Shown piece after piece: positions 18,377 to 26,905 of a DNA stretch of 64,000 nt. Within the stretch, counting starts at the first letter, position 1, and every line of letters starts with the position of its first letter. This stretch comes from Candidatus Poribacteria bacterium (GTDB lineage Bacteria > Poribacteria > WGA-4E > WGA-3G): NCBI GenBank assembly GCA_022828145.1, contig JAJEJA010000088.1, positions 40,100 through 104,099 of the forward strand, given 5' to 3'. The notes beneath the pieces are model-generated. The model was not told where the DNA came from. It ran no database searches and worked only from the letters and a program-made list of their open reading frames with translations. The translations under genes were made by a program, and so were the position numbers.

Positions 18377-19303
18377 ATGAATAAACAGAGCAGAATTGTT
18401 TTTCATGCAATTTTTGCAGCGGTCTGTGTATGGATCATGGGATGCGGTGGTTGTAATCCGGAACCTGTACCCAGCGGCATGTCACCCACTGATGGTCCAG
18501 AGACAGGGGGTACTACGGTCACTATTACAGGTGAAAAATTTGATGTGAAAAACGGTGTTACTGTAACTTTCGGCGGGAAGGATGGCGAAAACGTTACGGT
18601 TACAGATGCAACACAGTTGACTGTTTTAACCCCCGCTGGAACCGCCGGGGAATCAGTTGATGTTGTCATAACCAATAAAGGCAAACCTGAAGTTCCTGTC
18701 CCACTTTCAGAGCAGTTTACCTATACAGATGCTACGCCACCCACAGTAGTCAGTACGGATCCAGAGGATGGTACGGTTTTTTCTGAATACGAAGATTCAC
18801 TAAATGTATTAGATACGCTCTCAGTGAGTTTCAGTGAAGCGGTTGATGTAGATACAGTTTCCATTGACGTTTCTGTTGCTAAAACCGAAGATTCATTGAG
18901 TGAACCCGCACAACCTATGCTTTCTGGTGCAGTGAGTGGTAGTGGAGAAACTGTTACTTTCACTTCGGAGCAGCCGATGCGTTGTGGTCGGATGTATACT
19001 GTAACTGTTTCTGGTGCGACTGATATGGCAAAGAATGCCCTTGAGAACGCGTACAGTTTCTCCTTTAGTATCACCAGTCCAGAGAAACTTAAAAGTTACC
19101 GTGTGCGTGCGGAGGATATTGAAGATGGGAACGGTGAGATCGCCCTGAAACGTATCGCTTCACGTCCAGAAATCTTTGATAATGAGGAACTGTGGAAACG
19201 TTTGGTCGAGGCTAACCAGGATGATTATATATTTGACCGAACAAGATTGAGTGTTGGACAGAACCTATGGATCAAACGTGGTCCTGCATGGGGTGATGAG
19301 TAG
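18377..19303 (+). CDS. Probable lipoprotein with IPT/TIG and Ig-like (SbsA/Big_5-like) domains and a LysM-like C-terminus
   Basis: 308-aa ORF preceded by SD 'aaaggagaaggg'. Signal segment 'AAVCVWIMGCGGC'. IPT/TIG pattern 'PTDGPETGGTTVTITGEKF...VTFGG...TVLTPAG'. C-terminal 'YRVRAEDI...LSVGQNLWI' looks LysM-like (tentative). Confidence 0.7.
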   Translation: MNKQSRIVFHAIFAAVCVWIMGCGGCNPEPVPSGMSPTDGPETGGTTVTITGEKFDVKNGVTVTFGGKDGENVTVTDATQLTVLTPAGTAGESVDVVITNKGKPEVPVPLSEQFTYTDATPPTVVSTDPEDGTVFSEYEDSLNVLDTLSVSFSEAVDVDTVSIDVSVAKTEDSLSEPAQPMLSGAVSGSGETVTFTSEQPMRCGRMYTVTVSGATDMAKNALENAYSFSFSITSPEKLKSYRVRAEDIEDGNGEIALKRIASRPEIFDNEELWKRLVEANQDDYIFDRTRLSVGQNLWIKRGPAWGDE

Positions 19304-19369
19304 TCTATCGTTATCGGAATGCACACACGCCGGGTATTGGATACACGGTTTCTTGATGGAATGTGCAAG

Positions 19370-19420
19370 AAAAAAACGGATTGACTCTGACACAAGATGT
19401 GAGAGTCAATCCGTTTTTTG
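19370..19420. terminator. Bidirectional rho-independent terminator between convergent genes
   Basis: A 12-bp perfect stem, 'cggattgactct' (19377-19388) pairing with 'agagtcaatccg' (19402-19413), is flanked by an A7 run upstream and a T6 run downstream. Confidence 0.75.
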
Positions 19421-19439
19421 TTAGTGTCTTTAGGATGGA

Positions 19440-20291
19440 TTAGGCACCGTTCCCGTTTCCATTACCATTCCCGTTCCCGTTTCCATTACCGTTGGTAGTT
19501 CCACCATTTCCGTTCCCGTTTCCATTACCGTTCCCGTTGGTAGTTCCACCATTTCCGTTCCCGTTTCCATTACCGTTCCCGTTGGTAGTTCCGCCATTAC
19601 CGTTTCCATTTTCACCTTCACCGGTCATGCCATCACCTTCACCGGTCATGCCATCACCTTCACCAGTCATGCCATCACCTTCACCAGTCATGCCATCACC
19701 TTCACCAGTCATGCCATCACCATCACCAGTCATGCCATCGCCATCACCAGTCATTCCTTCATCTTCCATGGCGAGTTTAACGAAGACAAAATCAGTATCA
19801 GCTGCTACTGTATGACAACCTACACATGCTCCAGCAGCCATTTCAGCTGTCAGATCATTAATTCCATTCGGTTCTACAGCTGCATCACCAAATGGACCGG
19901 TTACGCCATAAGCCCAACCGCCATTTTCTGCAGACTCGGTTTTCGTCATAGTTGAAATCTGTGAGATAAATGAGTTGGTCATATCCATTGACTCTTTAAC
20001 TATCATGGAACCGACAGGATAGTCTGTTCCTGCGTTATTAGCCATAGCAGCGGCTTCGTTAAAGTAGATTGTACGGGATCCAAAATCATGAGCTTCTCCC
20101 TTAAATTCCACCAAGGGTCCATCAAGTGTCTTCATATCTGTCCATGATCGGTATGCATCCATTCCCGTTTGATCATCCATTCCCGTTGGATCATCCATGA
20201 TTGGCATTAACGTATCCTGTGTTCGACTACATGACACTATGGCAACGCAACCGATTAGCATGATAAGAAATGCGATCTGATATTTTAGCAT
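19440..20291 (-). CDS. Cytochrome P460-like c-type haem lipoprotein with a low-complexity Gly/Asn/Thr/Met/Asp C-terminal tail
   Basis: 283-aa ORF with lipobox 'MLIGC' and a single CxxCH motif ('ACVGCH'). 'YPVGSMIVKE' resembles the P460/c'-beta family. The last ~100 aa are tandem 'GMTG[DE]GD' and 'NGNGNGNGNGGTT' repeats. Confidence 0.65.
   Translation of the reverse strand: MLKYQIAFLIMLIGCVAIVSCSRTQDTLMPIMDDPTGMDDQTGMDAYRSWTDMKTLDGPLVEFKGEAHDFGSRTIYFNEAAAMANNAGTDYPVGSMIVKESMDMTNSFISQISTMTKTESAENGGWAYGVTGPFGDAAVEPNGINDLTAEMAAGACVGCHTVAADTDFVFVKLAMEDEGMTGDGDGMTGDGDGMTGEGDGMTGEGDGMTGEGDGMTGEGDGMTGEGENGNGNGGTTNGNGNGNGNGNGGTTNGNGNGNGNGNGGTTNGNGNGNGNGNGNGNGA
19441..19760 (-). repeat. In-frame coding tandem repeats (21-bp unit x7 and 45-bp unit x3)
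   Basis: 'caccttcaccggtcatgccat'-type 21-mers occupy about 19611-19757. 'gttggtagttccaccatttccgttcccgtttccattaccgttccc'-type 45-mers occupy about 19470-19610. Confidence 0.85.
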
Positions 20292-20480
20292 TATAATGCT
20301 CCTTATTTTATTTATATCTTAAGAATAAAATTAAGAGAAGAGTTTAAGATTAAAGGTAAAGCTTCTATAATTAAAAATCCGTTTTACCTTTGTGTGTCCC
20401 TCTTCAAATTCATGTATACACAAACTAAATTAATAATATCACATTTTTTTGTTTTTTTCAACAAATTTTAAACGCATAGG

Positions 20481-22103
20481 TTACTTTAAGTCAGGATTAA
20501 GAATTTCAGCGCGTATGTGTATTACATAAGGACTTTTCGGTGCAAGTGAGTATGCCTTAGTTATTTCACGTTTCGCATCAGTAAGACGATTTAGCCGAAA
20601 GTACACATACGCACGCGTTGCAATGTGTGTGGGACGGGGGTCTATTGCGACTGCTGCTTCAGAAAATCTAAGAGCTTCGTTTAGCAATCTATTCTCTTTT
20701 GCAAGCAATGATGCTAATGCATCTTTAGGAAAAGGTACATTAGGGGCATATTTTATTGCTTGTCTATAATCTGTCTCAGCCTTCTGTGTTAGATCGCGCT
20801 TGAGATAGAGGTGTCCTCTCCACAAATATCCTGGTGCCCACAAGGGGTTTTTCTGAATACCTGCAGTCAAGGCATTCTCTGCACCTTTTAGGTCTCCTGC
20901 TGTCTCGCGCAGTTTTGAAAGTTGATAGTAAGTATCCATGAATTCTGGTTCATTATTGATTAACGTCTGAAAATACGATTCTGCTACATTTCTATTACCG
21001 AGTCTTGATTCTATCATACCCAGGTGTAGCAATGCTTGTACTGAATTGGGTTCTGCGTTTAGTACTTTCTGATAAGTCTGTTCTGCTATATCTAAGTTGT
21101 CTAACTGCATCTGCACATAAGCATAGTCTTTCAAAGCAGGCAGGTAAGTCTCATCTGTTTCGATTGATTTTTTTAGCAGTTCCAATGCAGGCATCCCTTG
21201 TCTTTTTTTTATAAAAGGAAGTGCTTGTTGCCGATAGACTTCTGCCAATGTCTGTTTATAACGTCTATTCGTAGATTCTGCTCCTTGAACATCACCCATT
21301 ATTGTGAGAATCTCAGCAAGAGATTTATGGAATATCGGTTCGTTGGGTGTACTTTGTATAGCGTTTTCATAATATTGACGTGCTAATGTGAAATTTCCAC
21401 GTTTTGCTGCGACTTCTCCGCGTCCAAAAGCAGCACGTCCCAAAGTGTTATCCAAAATCAGTGCATGTCGGAAGACTGCATCCGCCTCATCAAGTCTGTT
21501 TAGTTTTAGTAAGACATGTCCCAGGTTGCTGTGTGCAACAGTGCTATCTGGATAAAGCTGCACTGCAACGATGTAATATCTACGTGCCTTTTCTAAATTG
21601 TTTCGTTCTGTTTCAATCTGTGCCAACGCAATGTACCACGTCACTGGTGTATTTGCTCCTGCACCTTTGACAGCACTTTGAAACAGTTCATCAGCCTTTT
21701 CAAGTTGTTTATTGCGATGATAGGCAGTGGCAAGTTTCGCTTGTAGAAAAGGCTGGTATGCGAAACGTTCTGTTTGAGTTGTCCCAGAGATGTGTCGTAA
21801 TGACTGTTGATATGCCTTGATGGCATTTGTGTAATCCCCTAACTTTGCTAAGGAATCACCTTGTCCAATATAAGCGGTTAGCAGTTCTGGTTCATCTTTT
21901 GCAAGTGATCTGTATAAATCAAGTGCTTGCTGGTAATTTTCCTCTTTGAATGCGTTTTGTGCTTTCTGAAGTTGTTCCTGAACGTTTTTTGGATAGGTTG
22001 AAATATCCCAGGACGTCACATCGGCAAGCACAGAGGCAGTCAATAAGAGGGGCAATAAGAGAAAGATAGTTGAGAGAAAAGAACGATATCGTAGGGATTT
22101 CAT
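20481..22103 (-). CDS. Secreted tetratricopeptide (TPR) repeat protein
   Basis: 540-aa ORF with signal peptide 'FLSTIFLLLPLLLTASVLA' and TPR periodicity throughout ('A..Y..AL...P....A...LG'). Its start lies 4 nt after the stop of the upstream gene. Confidence 0.85.
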   Translation of the reverse strand: MKSLRYRSFLSTIFLLLPLLLTASVLADVTSWDISTYPKNVQEQLQKAQNAFKEENYQQALDLYRSLAKDEPELLTAYIGQGDSLAKLGDYTNAIKAYQQSLRHISGTTQTERFAYQPFLQAKLATAYHRNKQLEKADELFQSAVKGAGANTPVTWYIALAQIETERNNLEKARRYYIVAVQLYPDSTVAHSNLGHVLLKLNRLDEADAVFRHALILDNTLGRAAFGRGEVAAKRGNFTLARQYYENAIQSTPNEPIFHKSLAEILTIMGDVQGAESTNRRYKQTLAEVYRQQALPFIKKRQGMPALELLKKSIETDETYLPALKDYAYVQMQLDNLDIAEQTYQKVLNAEPNSVQALLHLGMIESRLGNRNVAESYFQTLINNEPEFMDTYYQLSKLRETAGDLKGAENALTAGIQKNPLWAPGYLWRGHLYLKRDLTQKAETDYRQAIKYAPNVPFPKDALASLLAKENRLLNEALRFSEAAVAIDPRPTHIATRAYVYFRLNRLTDAKREITKAYSLAPKSPYVIHIRAEILNPDLK

Positions 22104-22107
22104 CGGA

Positions 22108-23115
22108 CTATTCTTTGGTTTTTATATTCGTCACTGATACATGTCTAAGTGCATCATCTAAGATATACCAAGGGTCATTTTCTTTCTGTTTAATTAACCA
22201 TTTTTTGTATGCTGTTTCAGCCCTGCTATTCCTTATTAGAGCTGCGATCTCATCTTTTACTTCAGAGTATTGTTTCTGCCGAGATGGTTTTTTCTTAACT
22301 AATTCAACGATCCGAAATCCTTCTGGTACAGGAATAGGCCCCATGTGGTTGTTGGGTTTGATTTGCGAAACTATCTCTCCCAATGGTGAATCAGCATTTA
22401 GTGTAAGCGTATTGAAGGTAAGGGATGGATTAGATTTATAGTTCTGACTCACTTCAGCAAAAGTATCTCCCTGTTTAAAGCGGATTGTTATATCCTCTGA
22501 TAACGTCTTTAGAGATTGCTTTTGTATTTCTGAACTACCCTTTGGGACAGAAACGAGAACTGAACGAATTGTGACAGTAGCGGGTGCAATGAAATGTTTC
22601 TTATTTGTTTCAAAGTATTGCGGTGCTAATTCTTCTATCTTTTTACGATTAACAGAATTAACAAATTTTAATCTATAGTATTCATCATAGATAATGTGAT
22701 CATATACCCATTTCTCCAATGCTTGGATTTCTATATCTTGCTTTTGCAAGACCTGACTGAACTCTCTCTTTGATGTATATTCTTCTTGCATAGCAGCAAT
22801 TCGTTTTGAGATCTGTTGTTTTCGGTTAGTATCCGTGATACCGATTCTCTCTGCCTCTTGTAGGATAAACTTTCGGTCAATGATCCGATTTAGTTGTGTG
22901 CGTTTTTCGTCCTCATTCGGCTCACTTATAAGGTGTTTATCAATAATCGCATTGATACGGAATTCGTTCACAAGTTCGCTTTGCGTAATTGCTTGCTTAT
23001 TGACGACTGCAATCACAGAGTCAATCAATACTTGTGCCTCTGCAATTACAGTAGTTATTGTCATTAGAATAGTAATGTATAATGCTAAGATTATGGTGTG
23101 ATTTTGTGTTTTCAT
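22108..23115 (-). CDS. SurA-like periplasmic chaperone / parvulin-type peptidyl-prolyl isomerase
   Basis: 335-aa ORF with signal 'IILALYITILMTITTVIAEA'. SurA-N-like 'IDSVIAVVNKQAITQSELVNE' is followed by a PpiC-like segment ('VTIRSVLVSVPKG...'). Confidence 0.75.
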   Translation of the reverse strand: MKTQNHTIILALYITILMTITTVIAEAQVLIDSVIAVVNKQAITQSELVNEFRINAIIDKHLISEPNEDEKRTQLNRIIDRKFILQEAERIGITDTNRKQQISKRIAAMQEEYTSKREFSQVLQKQDIEIQALEKWVYDHIIYDEYYRLKFVNSVNRKKIEELAPQYFETNKKHFIAPATVTIRSVLVSVPKGSSEIQKQSLKTLSEDITIRFKQGDTFAEVSQNYKSNPSLTFNTLTLNADSPLGEIVSQIKPNNHMGPIPVPEGFRIVELVKKKPSRQKQYSEVKDEIAALIRNSRAETAYKKWLIKQKENDPWYILDDALRHVSVTNIKTKE

Positions 23116-23176
23116 TGTGTAGTATATAATAACGGATAATGGAGTTTAGGTCAAGGAGTTTTGTCTGAATGACATA

Positions 23177-24361
23177 CTACTTCACCAATCCGATTACACC
23201 ACATCCAACACGAGAACCGCCGCCTGGTCGCACCTGTAACTCCCCAAGCACACTGTTTATCCACGCACCAAAAGCCGCATCATCGCCTTGAAAATTACCC
23301 AACACCCACGCAGTTGTCCGTTCATCTAAGAACATTGTAAGTAACAAACTATAGTCTGTCTCATCAGCTGGATTCTCAATATCTATTCCAGATGTGATGT
23401 AAAGATGTGTTAGCCTATTCTGCATCTCCATTACAAAATCTTCAGGAGTACCAGTAGTGTAAGTTAGTTTAAACTGATTGGTGAAGAAACCAGGATCGAC
23501 AGGTAGACTAATAGAAATAAAGAACTCGTGATATGCGGCTAAACTTTTGGGTTGGATATTCAGGAAGGCTTGGTGTTCTGGTGTTCCCTCCAGCGGAATA
23601 GTAAAGGCAAGTCGTGGATCAACTAACTGTTCAGGCTTTAGAAAACACTTTAGCAGCAGCTCTAACAGGTCGTGACTATGCGGACTCACGGCTTCACCTG
23701 GAAGATGATGCGCAGTCTCAAGATCTACTTGTTGTCCGAGTACTGCTAAAGTACATAGATGGGTTGCTTGTACTAGTTCCGTCTGTCCTACAGTATGGAT
23801 ATGCGTTCCTGGGTTTGTCTCCCTGGTATCCATAGGAGAACCGTGCGGATGGGTAATGAAGGTATCACCTGTTTCGTGGATAAGCAGCAATTTACCGAGT
23901 ATATCAGTACTCGGTTCTCCGCCAATTGACCAGAACGGTGTTGTGAATTCCAAAATACCCGTTCCGCTCTGATCGACTGGAATGTTTCCGATCTCACCTA
24001 TTCCGATTGGGGGCATGTCAAGACGTGCTTCTGCTACGGGGATACCAACATTGCCTACGGGAACACTCATCGGATGCCAATGCGGTCCTACATCAACACA
24101 GTTGCTACCGATATGGAGATGTGCTGCATGTAAACCGGGTGTAGCATTGTGTATCTCAATAACAGTATGAACACCCATGTCAGTTTCAGTGAATGTCGCA
24201 GTGCCCATCAGACTGCTTCCATCTGTTGCCGTAATGTTAGCAAGGGCAACTTTTTTTACCGGTTCAGTGGTGATTGCCTCTGTTGGAATAATCTCACAAC
24301 CGGTAACACAGGAAATAAGAGCAATGAGAACAACGAATATAGCGGAAGTATAACGATTCAT
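23177..24361 (-). CDS. Lipoprotein: Cu-superoxide-dismutase-like N-terminal domain fused to a His-rich domain of unknown function
   Basis: Based on ORF 23177-24433, with the start moved to ATG 24361 ('MNRYTSAIFVVLIALISCVTGC', lipobox). SOD_Cu-like 'GLHAAHLHIGSNC', 'GPHWHP' and 'LLIHETGD'. The C-terminal ~230 aa have no recognisable family. Confidence 0.65.
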   Translation of the reverse strand: MNRYTSAIFVVLIALISCVTGCEIIPTEAITTEPVKKVALANITATDGSSLMGTATFTETDMGVHTVIEIHNATPGLHAAHLHIGSNCVDVGPHWHPMSVPVGNVGIPVAEARLDMPPIGIGEIGNIPVDQSGTGILEFTTPFWSIGGEPSTDILGKLLLIHETGDTFITHPHGSPMDTRETNPGTHIHTVGQTELVQATHLCTLAVLGQQVDLETAHHLPGEAVSPHSHDLLELLLKCFLKPEQLVDPRLAFTIPLEGTPEHQAFLNIQPKSLAAYHEFFISISLPVDPGFFTNQFKLTYTTGTPEDFVMEMQNRLTHLYITSGIDIENPADETDYSLLLTMFLDERTTAWVLGNFQGDDAAFGAWINSVLGELQVRPGGGSRVGCGVIGLVK

Positions 24362-24625
24362 TATTACTTGCGATTTGGAGATCGTTCCTATAGAAAAAGT
24401 GTAAAAAAAATTGATAATCCAATTAGAAACCAACTAATGAAACTAAAGAAAATATTTGGGTAATTTGGCGAGGTTAGGAAGAAATCAACGGTATGAATCA
24501 TGGCGAATGCCATACGCGCATTCGTCTTTAGGCATTCCCCGCCTCCCCAGCAGCGTGGTGTGCCTTCATTATGCAAACAAGAAATTACCTGTTTAATTAT
24601 TTAAAACTTCATCAGTTGATAACGT

Positions 24626-26722
24626 TTATCTTTTAGGTTCTGTTGTGTTCATTAAGGTTGCCAGGTCCCATACCAAGACTGTCCCATCTTTGCTCTTACT
24701 GACTAAGATATGACTGTCTATACTGAATGATAAACTAACAATTATATCTGTATGTCCTTTGAGTGTTTTCTTATGTTCACCAGTAAATGAATCCCATAGA
24801 TGTATAGGACCTTTCCACGATGTGCTGGTGAGAATGCTACCATCCGAACTGAATCCCACATCCCAAACAACCTTCTGATGAGCTGCTAAATCTTGACGAG
24901 TAAATATATGTTTCTGCTCACCCGATGCAACATCCCACATTCTGATTGTATGATCATTCGCGCTGCTTATTAACATGTTACTATCTGGACTGAAAGCAAT
25001 GGATGTAATGCTATCGGTATGTCCAATAAGTGTATGTGTAAACTCACCTGAAGCAACATCCCACAGACCTATCTGAAAATCTGGACCTGTCCATCCCTTA
25101 CGATCAGACAGTGAAGTTGCTACCGTCTGAAAATCTGGACTCAGTTTAGATAGATCATCAATTTCAGGTTCATCTCCCTTTACGCTATTAGTTTGCTTTT
25201 GCTTAAATGTTGCTACATCCCATAATTTGAAAGAACGGTTTCTAAAAACTCTTAAAAGTGTTTTGCTATCGGAACTAAACTCTATAGTGGAAAGTCCACC
25301 TGTACGCGTCCTGATAGTTCCCAATCTTTTTCCCGATTCCATATCCCATAAGCGAATAACTCCGTAGAAATCTATACTTGCCAGCATTTTACCATCATGA
25401 CTAAACGTAAGGTCGTTTATAAGTTGTGTATGTCCTTTAAATGCTTTCTTTTGTTTGCCTGATTCAATATCCCATAAACGGATAGTTTTATTAGCTGCCG
25501 TTGCAAGTATAGTTCCAACAGGACTAAATGCCACATCCTGGATCTCTTTCTTATGTCCTAAGAGTGTTTTTGCGTGTTCACCTGTATTGACATTCCACAG
25601 ATGAATTGTTTTACTACCTATTACACTCTGAGTTGTTAATGTCTGTCCGTCTGGACTCAGCAATACCTTTTCAGTATTAGAAATATGACCTGTGATCGTT
25701 TTCTTGATCTCTCCTGTTGCGAAATCCCACAAATGAAGAAGTCCGTGCTCACTCCAACTTGCTATTGTCTTACCATCAGGACTAAATACTACGTTCTTGA
25801 CAGGAGATGTGTGTCCAGTAATGGTTCTTTCAAGTGTGCCAGTGGCAACATCCCAGAAACGTATTGTATTATCAGCATTCGGTCGTGCAAGAAGTTTACC
25901 ATCCGGACTGAACGCAACTTTAGAAGCATAATTCCTTTCTTCTTGAATTGTCCGTAAACGCTTAAGTTCTTCAACATCCCACAAGTGTATAGTTTTATCT
26001 GCAGCTATACTTACCAATACTTTTCCGTCAGGACTAAATCTAAAATCCGTAACAGTGTTTTCATTTTTTAAGACAGTTTCACTATGTTCACCTGTTGGAA
26101 CATTCCATAGCATGATTTCAAAATTGCCACTTGTACTTGCAAGTTTCATCCCATCTGGACTAAAAACAGTTTTGTCTCGTGGAAATCCTTTATAGTGAGA
26201 CAGCGGAAGTTCTCCTGTTGACACATCCCAAAAGTCCAAATAATGAGAATCCGCTGCACTAACTAATGTTTTTCCGTTGTTAATAAACGCAAGACTGCTA
26301 AGTGACCACATGCGATCTATTCTTAAGGTTCTCTTGAGAGTTCCTGTTGACACATCCCACAGACTGATGGGTCCGTCCTCTTCTCCACATGCGAGTGTCT
26401 GGCTATCTGGTGTGAAGGCAATATCTGCTATCTGTCCAGAGTTAGCCGACACCATTGATTGAAATTCACCCGTATGTGCATCATACAACCAGATGCCAAT
26501 AGTACTCACAACTGCCAATACGTTGCCATCAGGAGAAAACACTAACATTTCAACGCTACCTTTTCCTAACCGTGCCTTCACATTTTCCGTTAAGTTTAAC
26601 TGTGGATTATCAAGAATAAACATCATGTGATCCGGATGTTCGCGTTTTGAAATAGTTTGCAGTATTAAAAAAAACGAAACGATGCCTATTATCAGAACAA
26701 TTGAAAACAGTGTCTTTCTCAT
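24626..26722 (-). CDS. Signal-anchored WD40 repeat protein (about 14-15 blades)
   Basis: 698-aa ORF with an N-terminal TM segment 'LFSIVLIIGIVSFFLILQTI'. It has the conserved entry blade 'ARLGKGSVEMLVFSPDGNVLAVVSTIGIWLYD', then repeated 'FSPDGK.LAS...D.TI.LWDV.TG' units. Confidence 0.9.
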   Translation of the reverse strand: MRKTLFSIVLIIGIVSFFLILQTISKREHPDHMMFILDNPQLNLTENVKARLGKGSVEMLVFSPDGNVLAVVSTIGIWLYDAHTGEFQSMVSANSGQIADIAFTPDSQTLACGEEDGPISLWDVSTGTLKRTLRIDRMWSLSSLAFINNGKTLVSAADSHYLDFWDVSTGELPLSHYKGFPRDKTVFSPDGMKLASTSGNFEIMLWNVPTGEHSETVLKNENTVTDFRFSPDGKVLVSIAADKTIHLWDVEELKRLRTIQEERNYASKVAFSPDGKLLARPNADNTIRFWDVATGTLERTITGHTSPVKNVVFSPDGKTIASWSEHGLLHLWDFATGEIKKTITGHISNTEKVLLSPDGQTLTTQSVIGSKTIHLWNVNTGEHAKTLLGHKKEIQDVAFSPVGTILATAANKTIRLWDIESGKQKKAFKGHTQLINDLTFSHDGKMLASIDFYGVIRLWDMESGKRLGTIRTRTGGLSTIEFSSDSKTLLRVFRNRSFKLWDVATFKQKQTNSVKGDEPEIDDLSKLSPDFQTVATSLSDRKGWTGPDFQIGLWDVASGEFTHTLIGHTDSITSIAFSPDSNMLISSANDHTIRMWDVASGEQKHIFTRQDLAAHQKVVWDVGFSSDGSILTSTSWKGPIHLWDSFTGEHKKTLKGHTDIIVSLSFSIDSHILVSKSKDGTVLVWDLATLMNTTEPKR

Positions 26723-26785
26723 TTTATGTCTTTCCCTTGATAGACTTCTCTTAGTATCTACTGCTTTGTCAACATATTATTGTAA

Positions 26786-26865
26786 GTCGCGATTCGGATA
26801 TCGCTCCTACCGTTGGGTTGCTTATGGGTAGGAGGCCAACTATATAAAACTGGCCGATTCCCGAC
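26786..26865. repeat. REP-like pair (family 2, GTAGGAGCGATCTCCGA-type)
   Basis: 'gtcgcgattcggatatcgctcctac' (26786-26810) and 'gtaggaggccaac...ccgattcccgac' (26828-26865). Same family as 48228-48290 and 61711-61774. Confidence 0.75.
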
Positions 26866-26905
26866 CCTATCAATTCCATCAATGAGCACTTGACAAAGTA
26901 CTACC

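Noticed and set aside
19492-19815. + strand ORF encoding 'PFPFPLPFPLVVPP...SPSPVMPSPSPVM'
   Set aside because: It is the reverse-strand reading of the low-complexity tail of the cytochrome gene. It has no SD, and its composition is entirely repeat-driven.
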